A stretch of 64,000 nucleotides of DNA from Candidatus Oxydemutatoraceae bacterium (GCA_965219575.1 OZ244779.1:876769-940768); one strand, 5' to 3'. Shown: positions 9,644 through 19,877, counted from the first letter of the stretch. Numbers and translations are program-made. The notes: generated by a model from the sequence alone, not told the origin.

Positions 9644-10672
9644 ATGAAAAAGATAAATATAGCGGTGGTAGGTGCGACCGGAGCGGTCGGCGAAATGATG
9701 CTCAAAGTCTTAGAGCAGCGTAGCTTTCCGGTGAACGATTTATATCCTCTTGCGAGCAAACGTTCCGCGGGCGGTGTGGTTCAATTCGGAGGTCAAGCCT
9801 ACGAGGTCGGTCTATTGGACGATTTTGATTTCACGCGTACGACCCTCGCGCTATTTTCGGCAGGTGCTTCGGTTTCGGATATCTATGCGCCGCGTGCGGC
9901 AAAAGCCGGCAATATCGTAATAGACAATACTTCGCGTTTTCGCAACGAAGCGGATATTCCGCTCGTGGTGCCGGAGGTCAACCCGCACGCTGCCGCCGAT
10001 TATCAAAAGCATCGTATTATAGCCAACCCTAATTGTTCTACGATACAAATGGTTATGGTCCTAAAACCGCTACATAATTTGTTTCAAATAAGTCGCGTCA
10101 ATGTTGCAACATATCAGGCTGTATCGGGTGCCGGCAGACGCGCCGTAGAAGAGATGCTGTTGCAAACCCGCATGAAGCTCAATAACGAGGCGGTGCATCC
10201 CGAGATTTACCCCAAGCAGATTGCGTTTAATGCATTGCCGCAGATAGACTGCTTCATGGAGAACGGCTATACCAGAGAGGAAATGAAAATGGTATGGGAA
10301 ACACAAAAGATTTTGGAGGACGAGCGTATTAGAGTCAATCCCACGGCGGTGCGCATACCGGTTGCCAACGGACATTCGGAAGCTATACACATCGAGTTCG
10401 AGCAGGAGATTGACGAAGTCGCTGCCCGCAAAGCACTCGAGGATGCTCCCGGCGTTATCGTGTTGGACGAACGCATGGAGGGTGCTTATCCGACGGCTGC
10501 AACCGAAGCCGATAATCAAGACGCAGTTTGGGTTGGGCGCATACGCAAAGATATTTCTCATCCTTGCGGGCTCAATGTGTGGGTGGTTGCCGACAATTTG
10601 CGCAAGGGTGCTGCGACCAATAGCGTGCAGATAGCGGAATTGATAATTCGCGAATACTTGAGCCATGTCTAA
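9644..10672 (+). CDS. asd: Aspartate-semialdehyde dehydrogenase
   Basis: GATGAVG, ANPNCST, YQAVSGAG, GHSE and DNLRKGAA motifs. Confidence 0.97.
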   Translation: MKKINIAVVGATGAVGEMMLKVLEQRSFPVNDLYPLASKRSAGGVVQFGGQAYEVGLLDDFDFTRTTLALFSAGASVSDIYAPRAAKAGNIVIDNTSRFRNEADIPLVVPEVNPHAAADYQKHRIIANPNCSTIQMVMVLKPLHNLFQISRVNVATYQAVSGAGRRAVEEMLLQTRMKLNNEAVHPEIYPKQIAFNALPQIDCFMENGYTREEMKMVWETQKILEDERIRVNPTAVRIPVANGHSEAIHIEFEQEIDEVAARKALEDAPGVIVLDERMEGAYPTAATEADNQDAVWVGRIRKDISHPCGLNVWVVADNLRKGAATNSVQIAELIIREYLSHV

Positions 10673-12023
10673 ATATCGCTTATTTTTATGGTTTGTGTTC
10701 GGGTGCTCGGCACTCGGTTCGGCGACGGCACTCGAATTGGGTGAAATCACGGTCGGTAGCGAGGAGAAACAGATACTCGATGCCGAGATTGCATTGAGCG
10801 ACATAGGTTCCGATAACTTAAGCGATTGGTATGTCATTTCTGTCGATCGAGACAAGTATCGAGCACAAGGTCTTCAATATATTAATGGCTTGCATGACCG
10901 CCTCGTGATGGAAATCGTGACATCCGCCCCCGCACCTTATATTGCCGTCAGTAGCATCGTATCGATCAACCGGCGTAACTTTGATTTGATTGTTCGTATC
11001 GGCAACGGCAAGAGAAATCTGCAAAAGATTTATCAAGTCGTACTGAAAGAACCGCCGGTCCCGATTGTGGAGGTGATCAGAGAAATGGCACCTGCCGAAA
11101 TGCTAAATTATTTAACGAATAAACTTGCTACCGCACAAAATATATCGGGCGCGGAAGCGTGGGGTCAACTACGGTCTTTGGTCACCGAGACAAATCAAGA
11201 AGGCGAACAGAAGTTGATTGCGAATATTAATTCCGCCGAACTCAGTTTAAGTTTTACTTTAGGTATCATTGCGCTACTCAACGACCGACAAAAGACATTT
11301 TTTAACCGCATCAAGGCAGAGTCCGGCAATGCGCGTGCGGTTGCCGCTGCGTTATTCGGCCAGCGGGATTTTTTGATATTAAAAACGTTGTTTAAGCAGG
11401 CAACCGAACATACTCTGGAGGAAGGAACGACTAAAAGCAGTCAACTGGATTTTGAGAGAGAACGTGCGGCGATACTCGAAAATAAACTCTACGAACTGAG
11501 CTATGCGCAGACACAGGAGGATTTGACAGTACGGCAGCGCGCCGAAGAATCACAGTCGAAACCCGAACAGGTCGTAATAATAGACTGGTTGGATTATAGG
11601 AGTTGGTTGACTTATCTGGAGTGGGGCAAGAAACCGCTATTGTCCAATGCTAAAGTCTGGGTTGCGGTTTCGGCACTTATGGGCGTTTTGTTATTGCTAT
11701 CGAGCATACGATTATTTCTAGGGCAGAAAAAACAAGCGGTAGGACGACCTGTCAAAGCGAGCCGCATTAAAATATCTTTGCCGGGACAAAACGACTTGGC
11801 CAAATTACGCACTCCGCGAGTGTATACCGGTCCTGTGGATAAAAAGGACAAAGATCAAAAAAGCGACGGCGATGTAATCGTCGGCATGCTCAACCGCGCC
11901 GAGGCTTATGTAGAAATGGGGGAATACAAGGAGGCGCGCCGCTTGCTCGAAGAGATAGAGCAACAAAACCCCAATTCGCAACATCTAGCGCGTGTGCGCA
12001 CTTTGCGAGATACGATGGGTTGA
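10665..12023 (+). CDS. fimV: FimV/HubP-like polar landmark protein (short, divergent)
   Basis: Signal peptide followed by ALELGEITV, one TM segment, and a FimV C-terminal motif LNRAEAYVEMGEYKEARRLLEEI. Located between asd and truA. Confidence 0.7.
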   Translation: MSKYRLFLWFVFGCSALGSATALELGEITVGSEEKQILDAEIALSDIGSDNLSDWYVISVDRDKYRAQGLQYINGLHDRLVMEIVTSAPAPYIAVSSIVSINRRNFDLIVRIGNGKRNLQKIYQVVLKEPPVPIVEVIREMAPAEMLNYLTNKLATAQNISGAEAWGQLRSLVTETNQEGEQKLIANINSAELSLSFTLGIIALLNDRQKTFFNRIKAESGNARAVAAALFGQRDFLILKTLFKQATEHTLEEGTTKSSQLDFERERAAILENKLYELSYAQTQEDLTVRQRAEESQSKPEQVVIIDWLDYRSWLTYLEWGKKPLLSNAKVWVAVSALMGVLLLLSSIRLFLGQKKQAVGRPVKASRIKISLPGQNDLAKLRTPRVYTGPVDKKDKDQKSDGDVIVGMLNRAEAYVEMGEYKEARRLLEEIEQQNPNSQHLARVRTLRDTMG

Positions 12024-12799
12024 TGAAGTTTGCTGCCGGTATCGAATATAAAGGTACTGCTTTTGACGGTTGGCAAAGCCAATCGCATGCACCCAATGTA
12101 CAAGATTGTCTAGAGCGAGCATTGACAAAAGTAGCGGACAGCCCGGTACGAACCGTTTGTGCGGGACGTACCGATAGCGGTGTTCATGCTACCGGTCAGG
12201 TCGTTCATTTCGAGACCGCCGCAATGCGTCCGGAAAACGCATGGTTGCGCGGCTGCAATGCGAACATGAGTAAAGATATTCGTATGCGGTGGATACAACC
12301 GGTCAATATCGACTTTGACGCGCGCAAAAGTGCGGTCAAACGTCACTACCGATATATTATTTTGAATACATCGCAATCTTCGGCTTTGTTGAACGATCTG
12401 ACCGCGCATATGTATAAACCGTTGGATGCGAAGGCGATGCATCGGGCGGCACAAACTTTAATCGGCGAGCATGATTTTAGTAGCTTTCGCAGTGCCGGAT
12501 GCCGATCTCAAACACCGATTAGACGCGTTTATACGATCGACGTGTGCAGAAACCGCCGCTTGATTTATATAGACATTTGCGCAAACGCATTTGTGCAATA
12601 TATGGTGCGTAATATCGTAGGCGTTTTGATCGAGGTCGGCGACGGCACTCGCCGCAAACAATGGGTTGCCGAGGTATTGACGAAACGCGATCGTACACAA
12701 GGCGGGGTCACCGCACCGAGTACCGGTTTATATCTAGTTAGGGTAGAATACGATACCTGTTATAGCTTGCCCGATGAGGCGGTGTATCCGAACTTTTAG
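12020..12799 (+). CDS. truA: tRNA pseudouridine(38-40) synthase
   Basis: EYKGTAFDGWQ, AGRTDSGVHA, HDFSSFR and MVRNIVG motifs. ATG at 12023 is an alternative start. Confidence 0.96.
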   Translation: MMKFAAGIEYKGTAFDGWQSQSHAPNVQDCLERALTKVADSPVRTVCAGRTDSGVHATGQVVHFETAAMRPENAWLRGCNANMSKDIRMRWIQPVNIDFDARKSAVKRHYRYIILNTSQSSALLNDLTAHMYKPLDAKAMHRAAQTLIGEHDFSSFRSAGCRSQTPIRRVYTIDVCRNRRLIYIDICANAFVQYMVRNIVGVLIEVGDGTRRKQWVAEVLTKRDRTQGGVTAPSTGLYLVRVEYDTCYSLPDEAVYPNF

Positions 12800-12824
12800 T
12801 GAATAATTATCAAAACATAGTTTA

Positions 12825-14063
12825 ATGTCCGTCATAGTCCAGAAATTCGGCGGCACGTCGGTTGCCTCCGTTGAATTGATAGAGCATGTCGCAACGATAG
12901 TCCATCGTGCTCGACGACGGGGGCATCAAATCATCGTCGTCGTGTCGGCGATGAGTGGTGAGACCGACCGCTTGATAGGATTGGCTCAAAAAATAGACGC
13001 ACATTATAGCGGTAGAGAACTCGATGCGTTATTGGCAACCGGCGAGCAAAGCAGTGCCGCATTATTGGCAATCGCTTTGAACAAGCGGGGGGTCGGGGCG
13101 ATCTCAATGACCGGTTGGCAGGTCGGCATGATGACCGACCAAAGCCACAGCAAGGCGCGTATTCGGTCTATAGACGAGGATAAAATCAAGCGTCGCTTGA
13201 AACAAGGAAAAGTCGTAGTCATCGCCGGATTTCAAGGTGTAGACGAACACGGCAACATCACCACGCTGGGGCGAGGTGGTTCGGATACCACTGCGGTTGC
13301 GGTTGCGGCAAAACTCAAGTGTGAAGAGTGTAGGATCTATACCGATGTGGACGGTATTTATACCACCGACCCGCGTGTAGAACCTAAAGCTCGCCGCCTC
13401 AATTCGATCACCTTCGAGGAGATGTTGGAGATGGCAAGTCTGGGTTCGAAGGTGCTACAAATCCGCTCGGTGGAATTAGCGGGCAAGTATAATGTACCGC
13501 TCAGGGTGTTGTCTACTTTCAAAGAAGGTCGGGGTACACTGATTAGCTATGAGGAAAATTCAATGGAAGAAATAAGAATCTCGGGTGTTGCTTGCAATCA
13601 AGACGAAGCACAGCTCACCGTGCGTGGCGTGCCCGACAAACCGGGCGTTGCTGCGAGTATACTGGAGCCTATTGCGGAAGCAAACATAGAAATAGATATG
13701 ATCGTTCAAAATGTAGGCTCGCGTGACGGTATTGCCGATTTCACATTCACCGTGCACCGCAGAGATTATCAAAAGGCAATGAAAATTCTCGAAACAACGG
13801 TTGAAAAATTAGGTTCGGGACGAGTTATAGGTACCGACAAAATCGTCAAAGTCTCTTTAGTCGGAGTCGGCATGCGCTCGCACGCCGGCATTGCTTCTAA
13901 AATGTTTAGCGCACTTGCCGAAGCCGGCGTAGATATACGCATGATATCCACCTCGGAGATAAAAATTTCTATTGTGATAAAAGAGAATATGATGCAAAAA
14001 GCGGTGCAAACCTTGCATTGCGCTTTTGGGCTTGCTAAAGTTAAGCACCCGGAGGCACGGTGA
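12825..14063 (+). CDS. lysC: Aspartate kinase
   Basis: VQKFGGTSV, TTLGRGGSDTTA, YTDVDG and two ACT domains. Confidence 0.96.
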   Translation: MSVIVQKFGGTSVASVELIEHVATIVHRARRRGHQIIVVVSAMSGETDRLIGLAQKIDAHYSGRELDALLATGEQSSAALLAIALNKRGVGAISMTGWQVGMMTDQSHSKARIRSIDEDKIKRRLKQGKVVVIAGFQGVDEHGNITTLGRGGSDTTAVAVAAKLKCEECRIYTDVDGIYTTDPRVEPKARRLNSITFEEMLEMASLGSKVLQIRSVELAGKYNVPLRVLSTFKEGRGTLISYEENSMEEIRISGVACNQDEAQLTVRGVPDKPGVAASILEPIAEANIEIDMIVQNVGSRDGIADFTFTVHRRDYQKAMKILETTVEKLGSGRVIGTDKIVKVSLVGVGMRSHAGIASKMFSALAEAGVDIRMISTSEIKISIVIKENMMQKAVQTLHCAFGLAKVKHPEAR

Positions 14064-14182
14064 CTTCCCTCAAGGAGAGACACGCCAGCCTCCTTTATAG
14101 AGGCCTGGCAAGCGTAAAAGAAATAACCTAATATCAATGTGTTAGTAGTGTTATATAATATGCCGAAAGGAGGAATAATATT

Positions 14183-14401
14183 ATGTTAATTTTGACGAGA
14201 AGGATAGGAGAAACATTTAAAGTAGGAGATGACGTTAGCGTTACCGTTTTGGGAGTGCGAGGAAGTCAAATAAGAATTGGTATTTCCGCGCCTAGAGGTA
14301 TAGATGTTTATCGTGAAGAGATTTACGATAAAAGGAAAAATGCCGATAAAAAATCTGCCGAAAACGAAAAAGAGGAATCCGATGCCGTTGCCCCCCACTA
14401 A
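14183..14401 (+). CDS. csrA: Carbon storage regulator
   Basis: [10 protein letters not shown]...IRIGISAP...VYREEIY; strong AGGAGG RBS. Confidence 0.96.
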   Translation: MLILTRRIGETFKVGDDVSVTVLGVRGSQIRIGISAPRGIDVYREEIYDKRKNADKKSAENEKEESDAVAPH

Positions 14402-14423
14402 AAGAAGTTTGCTTCCCGATTGC

Positions 14424-14516
14424 GGAGAGATGGCCGAGCGGCTGAAGGCGCTCCCCTGCTAAGGGAGTATGGGGTTTGTAGCTCCATCGAGGGTTCGAAT
14501 CCCTCTCTCTCCGCCA
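14424..14516 (+). tRNA. tRNA-Ser(GCT)
   Basis: Acceptor stem GGAGAGA/TCTCTCC, anticodon arm CTCCC-ctGCTaa-GGGAG, long variable arm, GTTCGAATC and encoded CCA. Confidence 0.97.
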
Positions 14517-14637
14517 TAGCCGTTTTATCGCTAAGCTCGGATTTCCGGAGCTTATCTATGATACGGCAAAGCGTATAAAACCGTTCAACGCTTTTTGTTC
14601 GTTGTATAGGTATTCGAGTGACACGAGTTCAAATGAA

Positions 14638-15069
14638 ATGAAAAAACTTTATCTTTATCTCACATATGCCGGCGCGTTGCCGTTTATTATTTGTGCCGTT
14701 TGTCTGGCATTCGAGATAAGATTTATACCGCTACTAGGTGCAACAGAACAAGTCCTAAGTGTATATGCGCTGATCATTGCAACCTTTATAGCCGGCAACC
14801 ACTGGGGACAGCATCTCGATATGAAAAATAAATGGCAATACTATCTGCCGATACTGAGCAATGTCGTCGTTGTTGCGCTTTGGTTTGGTTTTTTGGTATT
14901 GCCCTTTAGTGCGTTACTCGCAATTTTCGTATTGGTGTTCCTAGCCTTGTTGGTCATCGATCAAAGACTTTTCCGACACAATCTCATTACTCGCCGATAT
15001 TTTCAAATGCGTTGCTTTGCAACCGCTATTGTCATTTCGGCACTCGTTATTTCAGGAATTGCTGCATAA
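14638..15069 (+). CDS. Integral membrane protein (DUF3429-like)
   Basis: LTYAGALPF, YALIIATFIAGNHWG, several TM helices and a YFQMR tail; next to a photolyase gene. Confidence 0.7.
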   Translation: MKKLYLYLTYAGALPFIICAVCLAFEIRFIPLLGATEQVLSVYALIIATFIAGNHWGQHLDMKNKWQYYLPILSNVVVVALWFGFLVLPFSALLAIFVLVFLALLVIDQRLFRHNLITRRYFQMRCFATAIVISALVISGIAA

Positions 15070-15125
15070 TAAGTATTGTTTCCGAGACCGCTGCGAATAA
15101 CCTATAGCTTGCAAAAGAATACTCT

Positions 15126-16649
15126 ATGACAACACTTCGTCTGATATTGGGCGATCAACTCTCGCACTCGATTACAAGCCTTCGAGGCTACGACCCGACC
15201 GAGGATATCGTTCTGATGTGTGAAGTATCGGACGAGGCAAGCTATGTCAAGCATCACAAAAAGAAAATTGCTTTTCTTTTTTCCGCCATGCGTCATTTTG
15301 CAAAGTCGTTGGAAGCGAGCGGATACACGATTGAATATACAAAACTCGACGATCCGAATAACGGGGGGTCGTTCGCAGACGAAGTGAGGCGCGCGCTAAA
15401 GCGACATGATATCGATCGTATCGTGGTAACGCATCCGGGTGAATACCGTGTTCTATCCGACATCGAGCAATGGGAGGACCGCTTTGCCGTTCCCGTTGAA
15501 ATCAGGCCCGATCACCGATTTCTTTGCACTCCGGAAGATTTTTCCGAATGGGCAGCGGGCCGTAATCAACTACGGATGGAGTACTTCTATCGGGAGATGA
15601 GAAAAAAATATCTTATTTTGATGGATGGCGACGAACCCATCGGCGGGAAGTGGAATTATGACGCAGAAAACAGAAAACCTCCCAAACAAGGACTCGATAT
15701 TCCTAAGCCCTATACCGAGGATATAGACGATATGACGCGTGATGTCATGACACTGGTTGCAGAACGATTTGCCGCCCATTTTGGCGACCTCGAACCTTTT
15801 TATTATGCCGCTACGCGCGATCAAGCCCTACAAGCACTTGACTTGTTTATCGAACAAAGACTCGGTCATTTCGGCGATTATCAAGATGCGATGCTCGAAG
15901 GTGAACCGTGGATGTATCATTCGCATATCAGTTTCTATCTGAATTGTGGTTTGTTGTTGCCTCTCGAGTGTGTCGAAGCCGCAGAGGATGCCTATCGTCG
16001 AGGGAAAGCACCGCTCAATGCAGTAGAAGGATTTATACGCCAGATAGTCGGCTGGCGCGAATATGTGCGCGGTGTCTATTGGCTTAAAATGCCCGATTAT
16101 GCGCGACAAAACTTTTTTGAGGCCGAGCGTAACCTTCCCGATTTTTACTGGACAGCCGACACTAAAATGAATTGTTTGGCTCGGTGTGTCTCGGAAACCA
16201 AGCAGAACGCTTATGCCCACCATATTCAGCGTTTAATGGTGTTGGGCAATTTTGCGCTACTTGCGGGAGTCGATCCCGAACAAGTCAATGAATGGTTTTT
16301 GATTGTCTACGCCGATGCCTATGAATGGGTCGAGCTACCCAATGTTTCGGGCATGATATTATTCGCCGACGGCGGTTACCTGGCCAGTAAGCCTTATGCT
16401 GCCGGCGGTTCTTACATAAACAAAATGTCCGACTACTGTAAAAATTGCCACTACAAGGTCACAAAGAAAAACGGACCCGATGCGTGTCCGTTTAATTATC
16501 TCTATTGGGACTTCTTGGCTCGCAATCGCGACAAACTTCAATTCAATCATCGCATAGCCATGATGTACAAAACCTACGACCGAATGAACGAAGAGAAGAA
16601 AAAAGCCATCACACACGAGAGTGAACAATTTCTGAATAGCCTTAAATGA
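15126..16649 (+). CDS. FeS-BCP cryptochrome/(6-4) photolyase (PhrB/CryB-like)
   Basis: LILGDQL, HHKKKI, WNYDAENR, FGDYQDAM, HHIQRLM, YINKMSDYC..C and CPF Fe-S cysteines. Confidence 0.93.
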   Translation: MTTLRLILGDQLSHSITSLRGYDPTEDIVLMCEVSDEASYVKHHKKKIAFLFSAMRHFAKSLEASGYTIEYTKLDDPNNGGSFADEVRRALKRHDIDRIVVTHPGEYRVLSDIEQWEDRFAVPVEIRPDHRFLCTPEDFSEWAAGRNQLRMEYFYREMRKKYLILMDGDEPIGGKWNYDAENRKPPKQGLDIPKPYTEDIDDMTRDVMTLVAERFAAHFGDLEPFYYAATRDQALQALDLFIEQRLGHFGDYQDAMLEGEPWMYHSHISFYLNCGLLLPLECVEAAEDAYRRGKAPLNAVEGFIRQIVGWREYVRGVYWLKMPDYARQNFFEAERNLPDFYWTADTKMNCLARCVSETKQNAYAHHIQRLMVLGNFALLAGVDPEQVNEWFLIVYADAYEWVELPNVSGMILFADGGYLASKPYAAGGSYINKMSDYCKNCHYKVTKKNGPDACPFNYLYWDFLARNRDKLQFNHRIAMMYKTYDRMNEEKKKAITHESEQFLNSLK

Positions 16650-16819
16650 GGAAAAAGTTCGATCTACCGACAAAAACATGCCCGGTATGTCATCGACCTT
16701 TTAGATGGCGTAAGAAATGGGAGAGGGTATGGCACGAAGTGAAATATTGTTCAAAATCATGCGCTTCCCGAGCAAAAACATCGGGCTACTTCGGTCCCGC
16801 AAAACGTCACGCCGATTGA
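16646..16819 (+). CDS. DUF2256-like small Zn-finger protein (57 aa, absent from the ORF track)
   Basis: Hand translation: MRKKFDLPTKTCPVCHRPFRWRKKWERVWHEVKYCSKSC...AD. ATGA overlap with the photolyase stop codon. Confidence 0.88.
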   Translation: MRKKFDLPTKTCPVCHRPFRWRKKWERVWHEVKYCSKSCASRAKTSGYFGPAKRHAD

Positions 16820-16919
16820 TCTATTGAGCGGCGCGTGAGTTCGCCCTACAGGTGGTTTACAAAAATTAGAGTTGAAATTCTAACTTGGGTTGATAATATG
16901 CTAGCTTTCCCTCAACGGT

Positions 16920-18224
16920 TCAAGCGGCGATTTTATGCCGTAGCACTTTACCGATTGCACGAGTGAGTTGTGACAATTCGTCTGCTCCGATGATATAAGG
17001 TGGCATGATATAGACTAAATTTCGGAACGGTCGAATCCATACATTTTGTGCCACGAACATACTACATAGCCTAGCCACATCAACAGGTTTATGCAATTCA
17101 ACGATACCGATCGCACCTATGACGCGCACCTCGCGTACCGAATCGTATTGATTACAAACCCCGAGTTCGTTTATAAGTTGTAGTTCTATTGCCGAGGTTT
17201 GTTGTTGCCATCTATTCTGTTTCAGCAACTCTATATTAGCCGACGCAACCGCACATGCAAGTGGGTTTGCCGTATAGGTCGGCCCGTGCATGAAAGCACC
17301 GGCTTCTCCCGAGTCTATAGTATGGCTGATTGTTTCGGTCGTTATCGTCGCTGCAATAGTAAGATAACCTGCACCTAGGGCTTTGCCGATACAAATAATG
17401 TCCGGCACCACATCGGCGTGTTGCAAAGCGAACATAGTACCTGTTCTGCCGAACCCCGTTGCAATTTCATCAAAAATCAACAGCACATCGTATTGACTGC
17501 AAAGCTCTCGGGCATGGCGCAAATAACTCGGATGGTATATGTGCATGCCGCCGGCACCTTGCACTACGGGCTCCAGTATCATTGCGGCGATACTATCTGC
17601 ATGCTTCTCTAGAGTTCGTTCGAGTTCATCGACGGCATCTCGATCTTCGTGTTCTTTATAGCGCGGTGCAGACACAAAAATTTGTCTGGGAAGGATATCC
17701 GAAAACAATCGGTGCATTCCGTTTTCCGGATCACAAACCGACATCGCTGCGAAAGTATCGCCATGATAACCCCCGCGAATCGTTAACAATCGGGTTTTAT
17801 TTTTCGCGCCTCTGGCTTGCTGATATTGCAAAGCCATTTTAATCGCAGCTTCTACCGAGACCGAACCCGAGTCACAAAGAAAAATGCAGTCCAGAGGTGA
17901 GGGCAGTAGTTCACACAGAGCCTGTCCCAGCCCGACCGCCGCCGGATGCGTTAGACCTCCGAACATCACATGTGCCATCCTGTCAAGCTGTGTTTGTAAT
18001 GCCGTATTCAATCGGGGATGATTGTAGCCGTGGATTGCAGCCCACCATGACGACATGCCGTCTATGATTTGCCGTCCGTCGGCGAGCCTCAAATGAACAC
18101 CATGTGCTTCTACCACCGGCCAAACTTCTGCTTCGCTGTACAAGGCACTATACGGATGGCGTAGATGGCGGCGGTCAAACGCCGGCATTGTGTCATCCCA
18201 CAAAGCCGAGTTTGACCGGTTCAT
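16920..18224 (-). CDS. bioA: Adenosylmethionine-8-amino-7-oxononanoate aminotransferase
   Basis: DGMSSWW, DSGSVSVE, YHGDT, FDEIATGFGRTG, GKAL (PLP Lys) and HGPTY motifs. Confidence 0.95.
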   Translation of the reverse strand: MNRSNSALWDDTMPAFDRRHLRHPYSALYSEAEVWPVVEAHGVHLRLADGRQIIDGMSSWWAAIHGYNHPRLNTALQTQLDRMAHVMFGGLTHPAAVGLGQALCELLPSPLDCIFLCDSGSVSVEAAIKMALQYQQARGAKNKTRLLTIRGGYHGDTFAAMSVCDPENGMHRLFSDILPRQIFVSAPRYKEHEDRDAVDELERTLEKHADSIAAMILEPVVQGAGGMHIYHPSYLRHARELCSQYDVLLIFDEIATGFGRTGTMFALQHADVVPDIICIGKALGAGYLTIAATITTETISHTIDSGEAGAFMHGPTYTANPLACAVASANIELLKQNRWQQQTSAIELQLINELGVCNQYDSVREVRVIGAIGIVELHKPVDVARLCSMFVAQNVWIRPFRNLVYIMPPYIIGADELSQLTRAIGKVLRHKIAA

Positions 18225-18607
18225 ACGTTTGAGATAGGTGGATGATAAATTATTTGTACGCGATTGTCTTCGGGATCAAAGCAATAAAAACTGCGCGCAT
18301 TGTCGCGATGGCTTTTCGGTGGCTTATCTATTTTCACATTATGCTTTGATAAAAACTCGTGCCAGAGGTCTACATCTTCGGCTTGTTTCAATACGATACC
18401 GATATGATCTAAAGCCCCCATGCCTTCAATATCGTCGACTCGATGTAATGCTAAATTATCCGGTCCCAAGCTCAGATATAAATTGTCCGAATCGGGTTGC
18501 CATTCAACTGTGTAGCCGAGTAGGTCTACATAAAAGTGCTTGCAAATTTCTATATCCTTCACGTTGAGTGCAACATGACATAAACCTATAGGCTTCGGTG
18601 GTTTCAT
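18221..18607 (-). CDS. VOC/glyoxalase family protein
   Basis: HVALNV...FYVDLLG, LDHIG and FYCFDPEDN motifs. Confidence 0.88.
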   Translation of the reverse strand: MKPPKPIGLCHVALNVKDIEICKHFYVDLLGYTVEWQPDSDNLYLSLGPDNLALHRVDDIEGMGALDHIGIVLKQAEDVDLWHEFLSKHNVKIDKPPKSHRDNARSFYCFDPEDNRVQIIYHPPISNV

Positions 18608-19023
18608 TCTTCTATAATTTCGTAACTGTAATTAATCTCGGCGGTGCGTTCCAACATTTTGGAAACCGACGAGTGTTTTTCGGCAGAGTCCTCAACCGCC
18701 TGTGCAACAACACTCTCATCGAGTTGGCGACCGCGCACTGTGAAATGTCCGTCTATACGCGTGAAAACGGCAGGCTCGCTATTCGCTCGTTCGGCATTCA
18801 ATGCTATTTCCACACCGTGTATTTTTTGTCCGGCATCTTTTAATAACTTGACAATATCAAAACTACTACATCCGCCTAAACCTGCCAGTACCATCTCCAT
18901 GGGTCTTGCAGCTAAATCACGCCCGCCCGCTTCGGGTGCACCGTCCATCACCACGCTATGCCCGGAACCGGTTTCCGCCACGAAAAACATGGGGTTCATC
19001 CATCTGACGCATACTTTCATCAT
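18604..19023 (-). CDS. OsmC/YhfA family protein
   Basis: SGHSVVMDG, RPMEMVLAGLGGCSSFDI and PAVFTRI motifs. Start is probably the ATG at 19023 or 19020. Confidence 0.88.
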   Translation of the reverse strand: MMKVCVRWMNPMFFVAETGSGHSVVMDGAPEAGGRDLAARPMEMVLAGLGGCSSFDIVKLLKDAGQKIHGVEIALNAERANSEPAVFTRIDGHFTVRGRQLDESVVAQAVEDSAEKHSSVSKMLERTAEINYSYEIIEE

Positions 19024-19052
19024 ATTTTCTAAAGGGTAATCCAAAATAGATT

Positions 19053-19877
19053 TTAAGCATCCCGACTATAGCCGTCGAAGAATTGGTATTTTTCTATCAA
19101 TGCGTTTATTTCTTTTTCGTATTCTTCTCTCCAATTTAATGTATTGCGAATAATATTGGGCATTTTGTATACTACTTCTGCACAGCTAGAGAGATATTCG
19201 GGTGTTTTAGCAACGCTCAGAAAGTCGCATAAATTCGCGAGTATCTTTTCGGGTGAGGCTATAAAATCTTCAAGACGGATCATGAAAATCCGATCGGTGG
19301 ACACTCTACCAATCAATTTCATATTGTTTGCGCTACACTTTGTGAAAAATGAAATTGCCCTTTTGATATTTCCGTCCAGACTCTTTTTTTGACCACGAAT
19401 GGCATTGACCATCGAGGCGACCATGTCGTAAGGATTTCTCACGGTAAACAGCAATTTAATCGGCAGTTTAATAAAATTTTCAAGTTCTTCTATGGTGTTG
19501 GACTCGGTTTTCGTCAAAAACTTAGTATTATGTGGAGAGTGTTTATCGCCCACTACTTCAATATTGTGATCGTATTGATCTTGATATTGCCCGGCAATAT
19601 AGTTGCCTTTGTATGTTCTATCCATATCATGTTTGATGATAAAAGAGAGCAAAGATTCACGCGAGGTGAATTCTCCATTCACATATCTTCTAATTATTCC
19701 TGATTCGTTGCTTATAACGATATTAGGATGGGCACTCAGTAAATCACCGATTAAGGACGAACCGCTTCTGTTAAAGCCTACGGTGAAGACAGCTTCGCGT
19801 ACATTGTCAATATATTCTTCATATTGAGATAATTCCATTCCGGATTGTTGAGGTGTTTGTGGTTTTTCCGATGACAT
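19053..19877 (-). CDS. Sulfotransferase family protein
   Basis: 5'-PSB-like GFNRSGSS, HPNI, VGDKHS, 3'-PB-like VRNPYD..AS and IRLEDF motifs; AT-rich. Confidence 0.85.
   Translation of the reverse strand: MSSEKPQTPQQSGMELSQYEEYIDNVREAVFTVGFNRSGSSLIGDLLSAHPNIVISNESGIIRRYVNGEFTSRESLLSFIIKHDMDRTYKGNYIAGQYQDQYDHNIEVVGDKHSPHNTKFLTKTESNTIEELENFIKLPIKLLFTVRNPYDMVASMVNAIRGQKKSLDGNIKRAISFFTKCSANNMKLIGRVSTDRIFMIRLEDFIASPEKILANLCDFLSVAKTPEYLSSCAEVVYKMPNIIRNTLNWREEYEKEINALIEKYQFFDGYSRDA

Noticed and set aside
14081-14109. Hairpin between lysC and csrA as a riboswitch or sRNA
   Set aside because: It is a single short stem without a U-tract or recognisable aptamer; at most a weak terminator or stabiliser.
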